Source: a virus. From it: 60,632 bases of DNA. The stretch covers positions 1-60,632 of the IMG/VR virus record IMGVR_UViG_3300017917_002028; one strand, given 5' to 3'. The first letter of the stretch is position 1, and every line of letters starts with the position of its first letter. Both the position numbers and the translations under genes were made by a program. The notes beneath the pieces were generated by a model, which was not told where the DNA came from, did no database searches, and saw nothing but the letters and a program-made list of their open reading frames with translations. Shown here piece after piece: positions 1-9,491 of this stretch.

Positions 1-99
1 CGTACTGCGGTGGCCACGCCCACGGCTTGTAGGCTTCGCTGAACCACAGTTCGTTGCCCTTGAAGGCGCACAGGATGCCGTTGGGCAGCGCCATGAGCC
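1..99. repeat. Terminal overlap copy 1 (identical to 60534-60632): circular closure or direct terminal repeat
   Basis: Read directly: both ends spell cgtactgcggtggccacgcc...gcgccatgagcc (99 nt). Unit genome is 60,533 bp. Confidence 0.95.
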
Positions 100-1288
100 C
101 CTTGAGCCCCGAGGGCGGGGCGAACCAGTTGGTCGAGGCCAACTGCTCGTTGATCTGCTCGGCCTTGGTCGTGTCGGCTAAGGTGAAGGCGCCGGACTGC
201 GTGAGCACGCTGACACTGCCCACGTAGAAGTATTCGGCCAGCGTCGAGCCGGTGGGCGTGCGGTAGACGCGGATCTCCTTGATCGGCGCGTAATTGCCGG
301 CCGCGTCTTTTGTGACGGTCACATTCACGCTGACCAGGGGCGAGGTCGTGACGATCGTGGGGCTGCTGGGCGGGCCTTCCTCGTTGTAGGTGTTGACGAA
401 GGTGTAGACGTAGGCCCGGGCCTCCTTGTCGGCCTCCTTGATCGCCGTGGTCAGGGTGGCCGTGTAGGTCGTGGCGCCGCTGTCCTTGACGATGGCCAGT
501 GACCAGATCCCGCCCGTGCTATCCAGCGAGGAATTGTCCGAGTAGATGTCGAACAGTTGCGAGTTGTCGGCGATCACGGTGGCCGTGATGCGCAACACCG
601 GGAAGGCCTGGCTCGGCGTGGCATCGGCGGTCGTGGTGGCGTAGGTCGCACCGTCCCAGGTGTAGAGCGTGCCGGTGTCGCTGGCCTTATAGACCACACC
701 GGATTCGCCCGCCTCGGGGAAGTCGTCGCGGGTCGAGAAGGACACCTGACGGCTCATGACGTTGGGCGTGAATTTGTACTGTCCACCGCCGAGGGCGGTT
801 GGTGTGATCGACTGCTCCTGGTACTTGACCCCGCCGTACTCGTAGTGAAACTTGAAGGCCAGGCTGTACTTGGTGGTGTCAGAAGCATCGGGCAGCACTA
901 CGGCCAGTGCCGGCGCCACCGACGGGCGAGGCACGCCCACGTGGTACGACGACCCGGGCGGCCCCCCGTTGACCTGCGTGCTGATCCGGCTGGCCACCTT
1001 CATTTCGGCGCCGTCGGTGAAATACAGCCGGTTGAAGGTGTCGCTCACCAGTGGCGAGCGCACCGCGTCAACGTCTGTCGTCCAGGTGTAGAAGGTCAAC
1101 CCGTCGTCGGTGTAGATCGACTTCGGGTTGTTGACCATGGTGCCGACGAGAAACCCGCCCTTGGTGCTGCGCAGTTCGCCATAGGCAAAGTCGCAGTTCT
1201 GGGCGATGGTGGCCGCGTTTTCCGGCAGCAGCGACTCGGGCACCCTGGGCCGGATACCCGAGAGAATGTTGAGTTTCAACGCGGTCAT
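1..1288 (-). CDS. Tail hub/nozzle-like structural protein, N-terminal part of a gene that wraps the junction (continues at 59758-60533; 687 aa in total)
   Basis: A minus-strand ATG at 1286-1288 opens a frame with no stop down to nt 1 (hand translation MTALKLNILSGIRPRVPESLLPENAATIAQNCDF...). Through the overlap it is in frame with ORF 59758..60627. It is absent from the ORF track only because it runs off the window edge. The product call rests on position and size. Confidence 0.6.
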   Translation of the reverse strand, partial: MTALKLNILSGIRPRVPESLLPENAATIAQNCDFAYGELRSTKGGFLVGTMVNNPKSIYTDDGLTFYTWTTDVDAVRSPLVSDTFNRLYFTDGAEMKVASRISTQVNGGPPGSSYHVGVPRPSVAPALAVVLPDASDTTKYSLAFKFHYEYGGVKYQEQSITPTALGGGQYKFTPNVMSRQVSFSTRDDFPEAGESGVVYKASDTGTLYTWDGATYATTTADATPSQAFPVLRITATVIADNSQLFDIYSDNSSLDSTGGIWSLAIVKDSGATTYTATLTTAIKEADKEARAYVYTFVNTYNEEGPPSSPTIVTTSPLVSVNVTVTKDAAGNYAPIKEIRVYRTPTGSTLAEYFYVGSVSVLTQSGAFTLADTTKAEQINEQLASTNWFAPPSGLKGLMALPNGILCAFKGNELWFSEAYKPWAWPPQY

Positions 1289-1340
1289 AAGAATTTCTCA
1301 ATTGTTTGGGCGCAGTTTATGGCGGCCTGCCCCATTTGCC

Positions 1341-1670
1341 TCACTGCCACGGCGGCGGCAGGCTCACCAGTGGCGGATTCACCTGCGCGGCCACTTGCTG
1401 ATCCAGCCACGCCTTGTAATCGTTGATCTGGGTCGTGCCCATTTCCTGCTCCACCCACCCCTGCACAACGGCAGGCGTCAGATCCCCGAAGGGGATGAAA
1501 TCCTGCACGTCGATCGGGCCGCACGGCTGGGCCCCCGTGGCCTGCGCTGTGTGGCCTAAGCCGTCGCTTGCCGTCAGTTGCCAGTGCACCACACTGACGG
1601 CATTGGTGACGTTCTGGTAAACCGGAATCACAACCAACTGCTCAAACTGCCAGGTGTAGGCATTGGGCAT
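1341..1670 (-). CDS. Hypothetical protein downstream of the tail fibre cassette
   Basis: 109-aa ORF with an ATG start, non-junk composition and the same strand as the late operon. Confidence 0.6.
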   Translation of the reverse strand: MPNAYTWQFEQLVVIPVYQNVTNAVSVVHWQLTASDGLGHTAQATGAQPCGPIDVQDFIPFGDLTPAVVQGWVEQEMGTTQINDYKAWLDQQVAAQVNPPLVSLPPPWQ

Positions 1671-1759
1671 CTGTCAGGGCTACATCTTTAGGGTGGACAT
1701 GCAGCGATTCGGATTGAACTGCTACATCACAGCGAGACAGCAGACGTCCCGGCCATGCG

Positions 1760-2221
1760 TTATTCCTCCAGAAGAACGCTTGGCGCTGGGGGCTCGGCCG
1801 GAGGAAGTGGTGCCGGGTTGTCGTACACCGGCACCCAAGTTTGGTTGGCTTCGTCCCAGTCGTACCACATAACACCTTCTGGCCATGGCACTGCTGGTGC
1901 AGGCACAGGGGCTTTCCACAGGTAAGAAAAGCTGTCCAAAACCCACGATGGAAACGGCTTTGGCGGGGCAAAACCCTCCCCCTCCGGCCCATTGGGGAGC
2001 CAGAGATACCCAATACCAGCGTAGTTTTTGCGGAACGCCTTTGACTGATCTGGGTCTGGAACGTTGGTGTCGGGGGTGTAGTACACCCCACCTTTTGTGT
2101 TGTAGCTGGTTTGAACCCACTTGGCCGGATCACCCCAGTTGCCTGTGTTGATCTCGGCTTGGTCAATGACCAGCACTTGCAACACGACATGGTTGTCGTC
2201 GATTTGAGCAAAGTGAGCCAT
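1760..2221 (-). CDS. Hypothetical Trp/Pro-rich protein in the tail-fibre accessory region
   Basis: 153-aa ORF with an ATG start. It lies in a block of visibly lower GC (1670-2230). Confidence 0.6.
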   Translation of the reverse strand: MAHFAQIDDNHVVLQVLVIDQAEINTGNWGDPAKWVQTSYNTKGGVYYTPDTNVPDPDQSKAFRKNYAGIGYLWLPNGPEGEGFAPPKPFPSWVLDSFSYLWKAPVPAPAVPWPEGVMWYDWDEANQTWVPVYDNPAPLPPAEPPAPSVLLEE

Positions 2222-2226
2222 AGTGC

Positions 2227-3228
2227 TTACGCCGTGAATGTGCCGGACGAATAAAAGTAGTGGTACGTGTACCCGCCGCTGGAAACAACAGTTCCGCCCG
2301 AGCCGCGCTGTGCGCCTGCGTAGCGGATGACGACAATACCGGAGCCGCCAGCGCCGCCGGACGAACCTTCGGCGGCTCCACCGCCGCCACCTCCGGTATT
2401 TGCGGAGCCGCTAGTAGCGGCGATGTTGTAATAGGGCGAATCTTGAAAGAAAGAACCACGTCCACCGCCGCCAGCGCCGCCGATACCCCAAACCGACGGG
2501 TTTTCTCCGCCAAGAGTTGTGTATTCGTAAAGTGCGCCGCCACCGCCGCCGGCGTATGTGACGCCGTCAACCCAAGTGGTGCCAGCGCCCCCTTGCCCTT
2601 GACCGGCAAAATTTCCTGACCGAGTCGCACCGCCGCCAGGACCACCTTTGTACCAACTGGCGCTCGCATAACTTGCGTCGCCTCCGGCTGTGCCTTGCCC
2701 GGTTGTGCCGGCTGCTCCGCTGTTTGTCCAGCCGCTTGCCGCGCCGCCGCCGCCACCGCTACCGCCAACTTTGGCCCGATTGAAGTCGTCGGCACCGCCA
2801 CCACCGCCACCGCCGGTAGCTACCAATCCATTGAAACTTGAATTGCTGCCGTTGGAGCCTGCAAGCGGAGAGCTTGGATAGTTTGTCCCTGCTGCAATAG
2901 TTCCACCAGCGCCAACCGTAGCAGTCAACGCAGTGCCGCCGCTGACGGTAGCGGACCCGGTACGATAGCCACCCGCGCCGCCTGCCCCGCTAACGCCGTT
3001 GGGCGCGAAAACAGGCTGCCCACGAGAACCCCCACCAGCCACCACGAGGTACTCGATGGTGTAGGTGTTCGCCTTGCCCCACCCGTCGCTCATGCTGATC
3101 GCGCCGCTGGGCTTGCCGAACAGAGTGCGGACCGCCGACTCATTCAGCGAGATGGCCTGCGTCGCGCTGCGGCCAAGCTCGGTGTTGACCTGCGACATCG
3201 AAATCGCACCGGATGATGGCAGTGGCAT
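2227..3228 (-). CDS. Glycine-rich domain protein (tail-fibre associated)
   Basis: 333 aa with long GGxGG/GAGG runs after IEYLVVAGGGSRG. Its start overlaps the tail fibre stop (TAATG). Confidence 0.7.
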   Translation of the reverse strand: MPLPSSGAISMSQVNTELGRSATQAISLNESAVRTLFGKPSGAISMSDGWGKANTYTIEYLVVAGGGSRGQPVFAPNGVSGAGGAGGYRTGSATVSGGTALTATVGAGGTIAAGTNYPSSPLAGSNGSNSSFNGLVATGGGGGGGADDFNRAKVGGSGGGGGAASGWTNSGAAGTTGQGTAGGDASYASASWYKGGPGGGATRSGNFAGQGQGGAGTTWVDGVTYAGGGGGALYEYTTLGGENPSVWGIGGAGGGGRGSFFQDSPYYNIAATSGSANTGGGGGGAAEGSSGGAGGSGIVVIRYAGAQRGSGGTVVSSGGYTYHYFYSSGTFTA

Positions 3229-6200
3229 TACGCACTCCCCTCCAGCGCGGCAAGGCGGGCCTCAAGAGCGACGATACTGGCTGAAACTTTAGCATTTTCG
3301 GCTTTTAGTTTTTTGTTGGCCGCTACCAGCACTGGTACTAACTTTTCGTACTGCACGGTCAAGTAGTTTTTGCCTGATTTGCTGCCGCCCTCAACAAGCG
3401 GGTCTTTGTCAAAAGGAGCTTGGTGAACAGCATACGGATATACTGACTGAACCTTTTGCGCCAAAAGCCCGGCATCTTGTTTTGGTGGGAAGAAGTCCCA
3501 ACGATTACATTCTTCAGTATCCCAATCAAAATACACACCGTCGATTGCGTCAAGAATCTCAAACGGGTCGTCAATCGGACGAACGTTGGTTTTAAGGCGT
3601 TCATCAGATGCGTACGCTGTTACGTTTCCCGTGTTGATCTGATTTCCAGAGCCATCCCAATAAACGCGCCACGTGCTGTTGTTGAAATAGAAACCGGTGG
3701 CGTCGGTTCTAAACATGAAGGTGCCGCTATGGTCTGGAAAGGAAATACCGGAGTAGCCGTTTGTAGACCCAGAGACGCCAATAGAACCGAATGAGCCGTA
3801 GGTTATGGCGTTACCAGTGATGCGCTGCCACGTTGCGGCGGTAAGCGACCCCGCGCTGTCGGCGTACCCAACATGCGTGTCGGCGTGACCCGAGTCGCCG
3901 TTGTAGCCGTACAGACGCCAATAGGTTCCAGTCCAATAGGTCTGAACGCTGTAGTCGCTGTTGTCGTCGCGACGGTACAGGCGGGTCACACCTCGCGTGT
4001 TGCGCGTGTCGCTGTTGAGGCTGGTGTTGTAGTCCTGACGAACGGCGTAGCTGGTGTAGTTACTGCTGTTGAGCAATAGCCGCCAAGCAGTCCACGAAGT
4101 GAGGCTACCACTACTGCCTCTATGCCAAATGTTGTTATTGTCAGTGAACCCGAGCTGGTGAGCGCCGCCACCAGATCCATCTGTCCACTGCTGGAACTGA
4201 ACAATGCCGTGGTACGAGCCGCCATCAGAAAGCCCGTCGGTCGTGTTCGACATGAAGGCGGTGTTGAGCCCTTGTCCGAAATACCCCGGCGTCAGGGATG
4301 TTGACCGCAGGTCTGAGGTCGACAACTCAATCGCGCTGCCAGTGATGTTGATGCCCCACGTGCCAGACGCTCCAGTTCCGTTGGCTTGCGGTGGCGTATA
4401 GCCCAGCGCAGTCGTGACCATGCCGCTGGTGATGCCGCTGATGTACCCGTTCGGGTTCGTGCTGTTGTACGGCGTATAGCCCAGCGCGGTCGTCACGTCG
4501 CCAGACGAAATGCCGCCCCATGTTGGCGCCGCGTTTGAGCCCGCAGATTTTAGGAACTGACCTGCTGTTCCATAGTTGCCAGCAAACGCAATCGCTCCTG
4601 TGGTGTTGAGCGTCATGCGCGTAGTGCCAGCAACGTCGAAGTCCAGCGGTTTTGCCGAACCTGAGCCGACACTGCCCGAAACCAGCACGGCACGGGTGCC
4701 CGAGATGTAGAGGCTGGCGTAGCTCGAATTGGCCGGGTCCGAACTGTTGAACACGGCGAGGTCAGCCGTTGCGCCGGTGCCCAGCGGCATGATGCCGACA
4801 CTGGTGCCGCTGTTGGCGGTCGAGGTCTGGAACAGAACACGTTGCGCCAGGTCGGCGTTTGAGAAGTCGCCGTAGATCCGGCGAGCGCCTCCAGTGAAGT
4901 TCAAATTGCCGATCAGCGATGTCGAGCCGTACAGGTTGATGCCGCTGGTGACGCCCGTATTGCTGGAGCCGATGTTGACGACGACAGTGGACCCGGACAG
5001 GCCGTTGATGCCGACGTTGACGGTCTTGGTCGTGCCGCTGGCGTTGTTCGCGTGACCGACGTTGATGAGCGTGCCGGTGGTGCCGATGTTGGCGTTGGCG
5101 TAGGCGGTGAACGTGCTGTTGGCCGTCAGAGCGCCAGAAATCGTCTGCCCTGCTGCGGAATTGGCAACGATGACGGTTTGCGTGCTTGTGCCTTGGCGGA
5201 ACTGAAGCCCAAAGTTGTTGATCCAGATGTCGCCGTTGACCGGCGACGACGGAACGTCATTGGTGCCAGGGTTGCCGATGTTGAGCGGCGCGGCCGATGT
5301 GCCGACGGCGGGCAGCGTCAGCTTGCCGGTCAGCGTGCCACCGGCGAGCGGCAGGTAGGTGCTCGATGCGCTGGAGCCCGTGAGGTACCCGGCCGGGTTG
5401 CTGGCGTCGTAGGGTGTGAAGCCCAGGGCGCCCGTCACGTCGCCCGATGACAGCGTGATCGCGCCGGTGCGGGTGTTAAAGCTGGTCACGCCAGCGTCGA
5501 TAGCGATATCGCCAGCGCCCAGCAAAGAAGTGCCGTTGATGGTCCTGATATTGGTGCCAGAGACCAGTGCGGCTTGGTAGGTGCTGGCCGCGGTGGAGGC
5601 CAGCAAGTAAGGCGCAAGATCAGTGGAAAGGCTGGCTGCGTTGTAGGGCGTAAAGCCCAGGGCGGAGATGACGATGGCGCCCGTCAATTCACCGAGGATG
5701 GTGGCTGCCGACTTGTTTTCGACATTGCCCAGCCCGAGGTTTGTGCGGGCGGTGGCAGCGTTGGCCACATCGGACAGGTTGTTGGCGGCGATCAGGGCGC
5801 CCGAGAGCGAGGCGTAGGCGGGAAGCCACACCCCCGCATTGGCGTCGTAGACCCTCATGCCACCGCCTGACGCCATGGGTGCGGTGTTGAAGTACAGGGC
5901 GCCCGACACCAGCGGGTTGCCGTCGTTGTCGGTGGTCGGATCGCTGGCTTTCGGGCCCAGGTAGCGATCGTCGAAATTGTCGAAGGCGGCCAGCGTTTGA
6001 TCGCGGGCAGCTTCGGCGGCTTCCTTGGCCAAGGCGGCCGACGATGCACTGGTTGCTGCTTCGCCGGCCTTGGTGGTGGCTGTAGTGGCGCTGGCGGCCG
6101 CATTGCTGGCGCTGGTGGCAGCCTCGGTCGCTTTGGTGGCGGCAGTGCCCGCTTGGGCGGTGGCGGTTTGCGCGTCAGCCTGCGCAGCCGTTGCCGAAGC

Positions 6201-7271
6201 CGCGGCCTGAGTGGCCGATGCTGCGGCCGCATCCGCGTGGGTACCGGCCAGGGTGGCACTGCCCGCGGCGTTGCTCGCTTGCGTGGCGGCGCTGGTGGCG
6301 CTGGTAGCGGCCGCGCTGGCGCTGCTGTCCGCGTTGCTTGCAGAAGTCGCTGCCTCGTTTGCTTTGGTCGAAGCCGTGCTGGCCGAGGCGGCAGCCGCGT
6401 CGGCCGAGGCTGCGGCCTCGCTGGCTTTGGTGGTCGCCGTGGTGGCCGCGGTGCTCGCCGTGCTGGCGCTGGTCGCGGCGTTGGTCGCCGAGGTGGCGGC
6501 CTCGCCGGCCTTGATCGTCGCAGTGCCGGCCGAATTGGCGGCATCGGCGGCCGAGGTGACGGCCTCGCCGGCTTTGGTGGTGGCTGTTGCGGCCGAAGCG
6601 GCGGCGCTGCTCGAACTGCTGGCGGCGCTGGCGGCGCTGTCAGCGGCTTCGGTGGCCTTGGTGGTGGCCGTGGTGGCAGCCGTTGACGCGGTGGCCGCAC
6701 TGGCAGCCGCCTCGCTGGCTTGGGTCGTGGCGGTGCTGGCGCTGGTTGCCGCTTCCGTGGCTTTTGCGCTGGCCGTGGTGGCGCTGGCCGCAGCCTCGCT
6801 CGCCTTGGTCGTGGCGGTGGCGGCGTGTCCGGCTGAGATGGTGGCCTCGTTGGCGGCCGCCGTGGCTGAGGCGCTGGCCTGGCTGGCCGAGGTGCTGGCT
6901 TCGCTGGCTTTGGTGCCGGCAAGCGTGGCACTGGCAGCGGCAGCGGCAGCCGAAGTGCTCGCCTCGCTGGCTTGCGTGGTGGCGGTGCTGGCCGAAGTGC
7001 TGGCCGAAGTGGCCGAGACGGCTGCAGCGGCGGCGGAAGTGGCCGATGCCGTGGCCGAAGTGGCTGCATTGGTGGCTGCGGTTTCTGCAGCAACCTTCGC
7101 TGCCATGAGTTCGGGCGTCACGTCGCCGGTGTCGCCCTTATCGCCCTTGTCGCCTTTGTCGCCCTTACCCCCTTGCGGTCCAGTGGCCACGACTTCGACG
7201 ACCGAGGCGGGTGCAATTTCCTGCACAACGACGGTTGCGCCCTGCTGCTCAACAACGACCAGATCCGTCAT
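3228..7271 (-). CDS. Tail fibre (1,347 aa): collagen-like GDK repeats, Ala/Ser/Thr-rich helical repeats, LG(F/Y)TP repeats, C-terminal S74 intramolecular chaperone
   Basis: Motifs present: GKGDKGDKGDKGDTGD, FDDRYLGPKASDPTTDNDGNPLVSGALYFN, four ALG(F/Y)TPY repeats, and C-terminal ...YASDERLKTNVRPIDDPFEILDAIDGVYFDWD (SDxRxK autoprocessing motif). Confidence 0.9.
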   Translation of the reverse strand: MTDLVVVEQQGATVVVQEIAPASVVEVVATGPQGGKGDKGDKGDKGDTGDVTPELMAAKVAAETAATNAATSATASATSAAAAAVSATSASTSASTATTQASEASTSAAAAAASATLAGTKASEASTSASQASASATAAANEATISAGHAATATTKASEAAASATTASAKATEAATSASTATTQASEAAASAATASTAATTATTKATEAADSAASAASSSSSAAASAATATTKAGEAVTSAADAANSAGTATIKAGEAATSATNAATSASTASTAATTATTKASEAAASADAAAASASTASTKANEAATSASNADSSASAAATSATSAATQASNAAGSATLAGTHADAAAASATQAAASATAAQADAQTATAQAGTAATKATEAATSASNAAASATTATTKAGEAATSASSAALAKEAAEAARDQTLAAFDNFDDRYLGPKASDPTTDNDGNPLVSGALYFNTAPMASGGGMRVYDANAGVWLPAYASLSGALIAANNLSDVANAATARTNLGLGNVENKSAATILGELTGAIVISALGFTPYNAASLSTDLAPYLLASTAASTYQAALVSGTNIRTINGTSLLGAGDIAIDAGVTSFNTRTGAITLSSGDVTGALGFTPYDASNPAGYLTGSSASSTYLPLAGGTLTGKLTLPAVGTSAAPLNIGNPGTNDVPSSPVNGDIWINNFGLQFRQGTSTQTVIVANSAAGQTISGALTANSTFTAYANANIGTTGTLINVGHANNASGTTKTVNVGINGLSGSTVVVNIGSSNTGVTSGINLYGSTSLIGNLNFTGGARRIYGDFSNADLAQRVLFQTSTANSGTSVGIMPLGTGATADLAVFNSSDPANSSYASLYISGTRAVLVSGSVGSGSAKPLDFDVAGTTRMTLNTTGAIAFAGNYGTAGQFLKSAGSNAAPTWGGISSGDVTTALGYTPYNSTNPNGYISGITSGMVTTALGYTPPQANGTGASGTWGINITGSAIELSTSDLRSTSLTPGYFGQGLNTAFMSNTTDGLSDGGSYHGIVQFQQWTDGSGGGAHQLGFTDNNNIWHRGSSGSLTSWTAWRLLLNSSNYTSYAVRQDYNTSLNSDTRNTRGVTRLYRRDDNSDYSVQTYWTGTYWRLYGYNGDSGHADTHVGYADSAGSLTAATWQRITGNAITYGSFGSIGVSGSTNGYSGISFPDHSGTFMFRTDATGFYFNNSTWRVYWDGSGNQINTGNVTAYASDERLKTNVRPIDDPFEILDAIDGVYFDWDTEECNRWDFFPPKQDAGLLAQKVQSVYPYAVHQAPFDKDPLVEGGSKSGKNYLTVQYEKLVPVLVAANKKLKAENAKVSASIVALEARLAALEGSA
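5860..7181 (-). repeat. Low-complexity coding repeats in the tail fibre: 9-bp GDK repeats (7122-7181) and about 400 aa of A/S/T-rich degenerate repeats
   Basis: Degenerate TKASEAAxSA-type units repeat in the protein, and the DNA is GCN-rich. This block accounts for the long spurious ORFs in all other frames here. Confidence 0.85.
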
Positions 7272-7618
7272 CGTGTGATCTCCTTGGAAACGGTGATCTC
7301 ACCTTCGATCAGACGGGTCACGTTGCCGTCGCTGCTGGTCAGTTCAAGGTCATATTTGCCGCGGGACCAGGTGATTGCCGCGGTGGTCGCGGCACTGAAC
7401 ACCATGGTGGTGGTGCCCGTCAGCGGCGTGATCGTGAGCTTGCCGTTGGTGGTGGATAGCTCCAGGAGGATTTCGTCGGATGAGGCGCTTTTGCGCACCT
7501 GCATCTTGGCTGTGTAGCCGGTCAGGTTGACGGCAGAGCCGGTGCTGTCTTTCCAGACAATCGGCTTGAGAAGGGTTGCGCCCTGCTCGATCTCGAAGTC
7601 GTAGGTGGCTGCGGCCAT
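7268..7618 (-). CDS. Small beta-rich virion protein (tail fibre-proximal), function unknown
   Basis: 116-aa ORF. Its stop overlaps the tail fibre start (ATGA-type coupling). Confidence 0.65.
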   Translation of the reverse strand: MAAATYDFEIEQGATLLKPIVWKDSTGSAVNLTGYTAKMQVRKSASSDEILLELSTTNGKLTITPLTGTTTMVFSAATTAAITWSRGKYDLELTSSDGNVTRLIEGEITVSKEITR

Positions 7619-7631
7619 GGGTGATTACCTT

Positions 7632-8303
7632 TCACGCTTGTGCGCTGGTCGTGGGGGCCGGCGCCCGGGCGTTGGGGTTGGTGCCCGCTTCCATGCGGGC
7701 CTTGCCGGTCAGAAGCGCGGCAAACTTGGCGTAATGCTTGTCGGCCTTCACCACGTCGGCGTACTCGCTGTCCTTGCTGAATGCGCGGTAGAGCATGTAG
7801 TCCAACAGCGCGGGCTCGTAGATGTCATCGACGGTGATGGTGGTCGTGGCCTCGGGCGGCACGGCGCCGTAGATGACCTCCACCTTGCCCGCGTTGGTCG
7901 CGGGCTGGGGCGGGTAGACGTAGAAGGCCTTGGGGTCCAGCAGGTTGAAGATGAAGTGCTTGACCGTGGCGCTGGCCGGGGCGGCGTGCCAGGTGGGCAG
8001 CGTGGCGTCCAGCGTGTCGCGCTCGGTCTGGCGCACAACCCGCCCCGGGGTCACGCCATCGGCGGCGAAGTTGCGCGGGATGTCGATCAGTTGCACGCCG
8101 TCATTGGGCAGCGCCTGCCGGGTGCCGGCCGCCAGCGTCACCACGGCCGCCTTGACGTACACGTTTGTCTTGAACACGACCATCTCGCGCTGGCCCGAAT
8201 TGAGCCAGCCCAGCAGTTCGTCGCCGGACCAGCGCACGCCGGTGGCGTCCTGCAGGATCTTCTGCGCCTTGGTGATGATCGAAGCGGTGGTGATCGTGCC
8301 CAT
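7632..8303 (-). CDS. Structural protein, possible head-tail adaptor
   Basis: I take the start at the internal Met (MGTITTASIITKAQ...), preceded by GAGGA. The upstream part of track ORF 7632..8510 is Arg-rich junk overlapping the previous gene. Confidence 0.6.
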   Translation of the reverse strand: MGTITTASIITKAQKILQDATGVRWSGDELLGWLNSGQREMVVFKTNVYVKAAVVTLAAGTRQALPNDGVQLIDIPRNFAADGVTPGRVVRQTERDTLDATLPTWHAAPASATVKHFIFNLLDPKAFYVYPPQPATNAGKVEVIYGAVPPEATTTITVDDIYEPALLDYMLYRAFSKDSEYADVVKADKHYAKFAALLTGKARMEAGTNPNARAPAPTTSAQA

Positions 8304-8311
8304 GGCCGTCC

Positions 8312-8950
8312 TCAGTGTTGTGCGGTCACGCGCACGGACGCGCGGCCCAGTGCCGACACGGCCGCTTCGCGGGCGTCGTTGAAGCCCTGCTCGAAGCGCA
8401 GGCGACGATCGGCGCCGGTGGCCAGATCGGTCCACGGCTTGTTGGGCATGAGCATCAGCTTGGCGATGGCGCCTTCGGTGATCTGGTAGACAAACTGGTT
8501 CCAGATCCACTTCGGAAAGCCCGTGGCCGTCTGGCTGGGCTGCAGCGCCAGCGTCATGACCAGGCCGCCCGTGATGTTGTCGGCGGGCAGCGGGGCCAGG
8601 ATCACCTGCTCGGTGTCGATCTGGGTGTAGTGCTTGACGGCGGCGGTGGTGGTGCGCCAGCCCGGCAGTTCCTTGTTGAGCCAGACGACCGACTTAGGCG
8701 TGAGCGGCACCTTGTTGTATTGCACGTCGATGACCGCGGCGATCTCGGCGCCAGACGGCGGCTCCAGGTCGTACTCCAGAACCCCCGCCCGGATGCTTTG
8801 TGGCTCGGGGAAGAACTGCCAGATCCACGACTCGCGGCAAAACTCGATGACCGCCCGCTTGATGGCTTGTTCAGTGACCGGATCGCTGGGATCAGCGGCC
8901 AACTGAGGCAGCACTTCGCTGATGAGGTCGGAATACTGGATATTGGCCAC
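8312..8950 (-). CDS. Structural protein, possible head completion/adaptor
   Basis: 212-aa ORF with a GTG start at 8950, in the position expected between head and tail genes. Confidence 0.6.
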   Translation of the reverse strand: MANIQYSDLISEVLPQLAADPSDPVTEQAIKRAVIEFCRESWIWQFFPEPQSIRAGVLEYDLEPPSGAEIAAVIDVQYNKVPLTPKSVVWLNKELPGWRTTTAAVKHYTQIDTEQVILAPLPADNITGGLVMTLALQPSQTATGFPKWIWNQFVYQITEGAIAKLMLMPNKPWTDLATGADRRLRFEQGFNDAREAAVSALGRASVRVTAQH

Positions 8951-9004
8951 GGCAGACGCCCCGATTGAGAATTGCTCAAGTATCGCGGCGGGGCCGCAAT
9001 TTGA

Positions 9005-9412
9005 TTAAAGCCCCGGGGTCACGGGCGGCACGTCGCGCTCGAATTCCTCGATCGCGTCGATCAGCAGTTTTTTCGACTTGGTGGCGTCCAGATCCTTGTC
9101 CCACTTGGCCTTGGCCAGTGCCACCAGTTCGGCCTTGCTCATCTTCTCCAGCGGCTTGGCAAGGCTCGCCTGATCGATCTGCACGTCCTGGCCGTCCTCG
9201 TCGGTGACATCGACGGTGGTGGGCTGGTTGACGATGCCCGCGTCCTCATCGTTGACCACATCCCACTGGTCGGGGAATTTCAGCAGTTGCTTGGCCTGCT
9301 CGGGGGTGACTTCCTGCACGTCGCCGGGGCCGTTCCAGACCTTGCCGGACTTGGCCACGTTGTCGAAGCAAGTGGGCTTCTTGCCGACGTAGACGATCTT
9401 GATGAGGGACAT
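9005..9412 (-). CDS. Hypothetical acidic virion-module protein
   Basis: Start at MSLIKIVYVGKK..., preceded by GGAGAAAACC. Confidence 0.6.
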   Translation of the reverse strand: MSLIKIVYVGKKPTCFDNVAKSGKVWNGPGDVQEVTPEQAKQLLKFPDQWDVVNDEDAGIVNQPTTVDVTDEDGQDVQIDQASLAKPLEKMSKAELVALAKAKWDKDLDATKSKKLLIDAIEEFERDVPPVTPGL

Positions 9413-9430
9413 GGTTTTCTCCTGGGGTTG

Positions 9431-9464
9431 CAAAAAGAAACGGGCAAGCCCGGAGGCCTGCCCG
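9431..9464 (-). terminator. Rho-independent terminator after the decoration-like gene
   Basis: The minus strand reads GGGCAGGCC-tcc-GGCTTGCCC followed by GTTTCTTTTTG. Confidence 0.7.
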
Positions 9465-9491
9465 CGTTCACTGGTCAGAACTCAGTGGCAA

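Noticed and set aside
557-1426. 289-aa plus-strand ORF at the window start.
   Set aside because: It is antisense to the wrap-around tail gene. That gene has the gene-like translation and is in frame across the junction. The plus-strand product is Gly/Arg/Val-rich junk.
3228-7271. A diversity-generating retroelement or CRISPR-like explanation for the repeats in the tail genes.
   Set aside because: No reverse transcriptase, template repeat or spacer-repeat periodicity exists anywhere in the genome. The repeats are in-frame coding repeats.
5855-7278. Very long ORFs in other frames and on the other strand across the tail-fibre repeat region. Examples are 5855..7093 minus (412 aa, Pro/Arg-rich), 6211..7278 plus (355 aa, Ala/Val/Leu-rich) and 5997..6686 plus.
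   Set aside because: They are shadows of the GCN-rich Ala/Ser/Thr repeat coding DNA. Their composition is extreme and low-complexity, and the region is already fully explained by the tail fibre gene.
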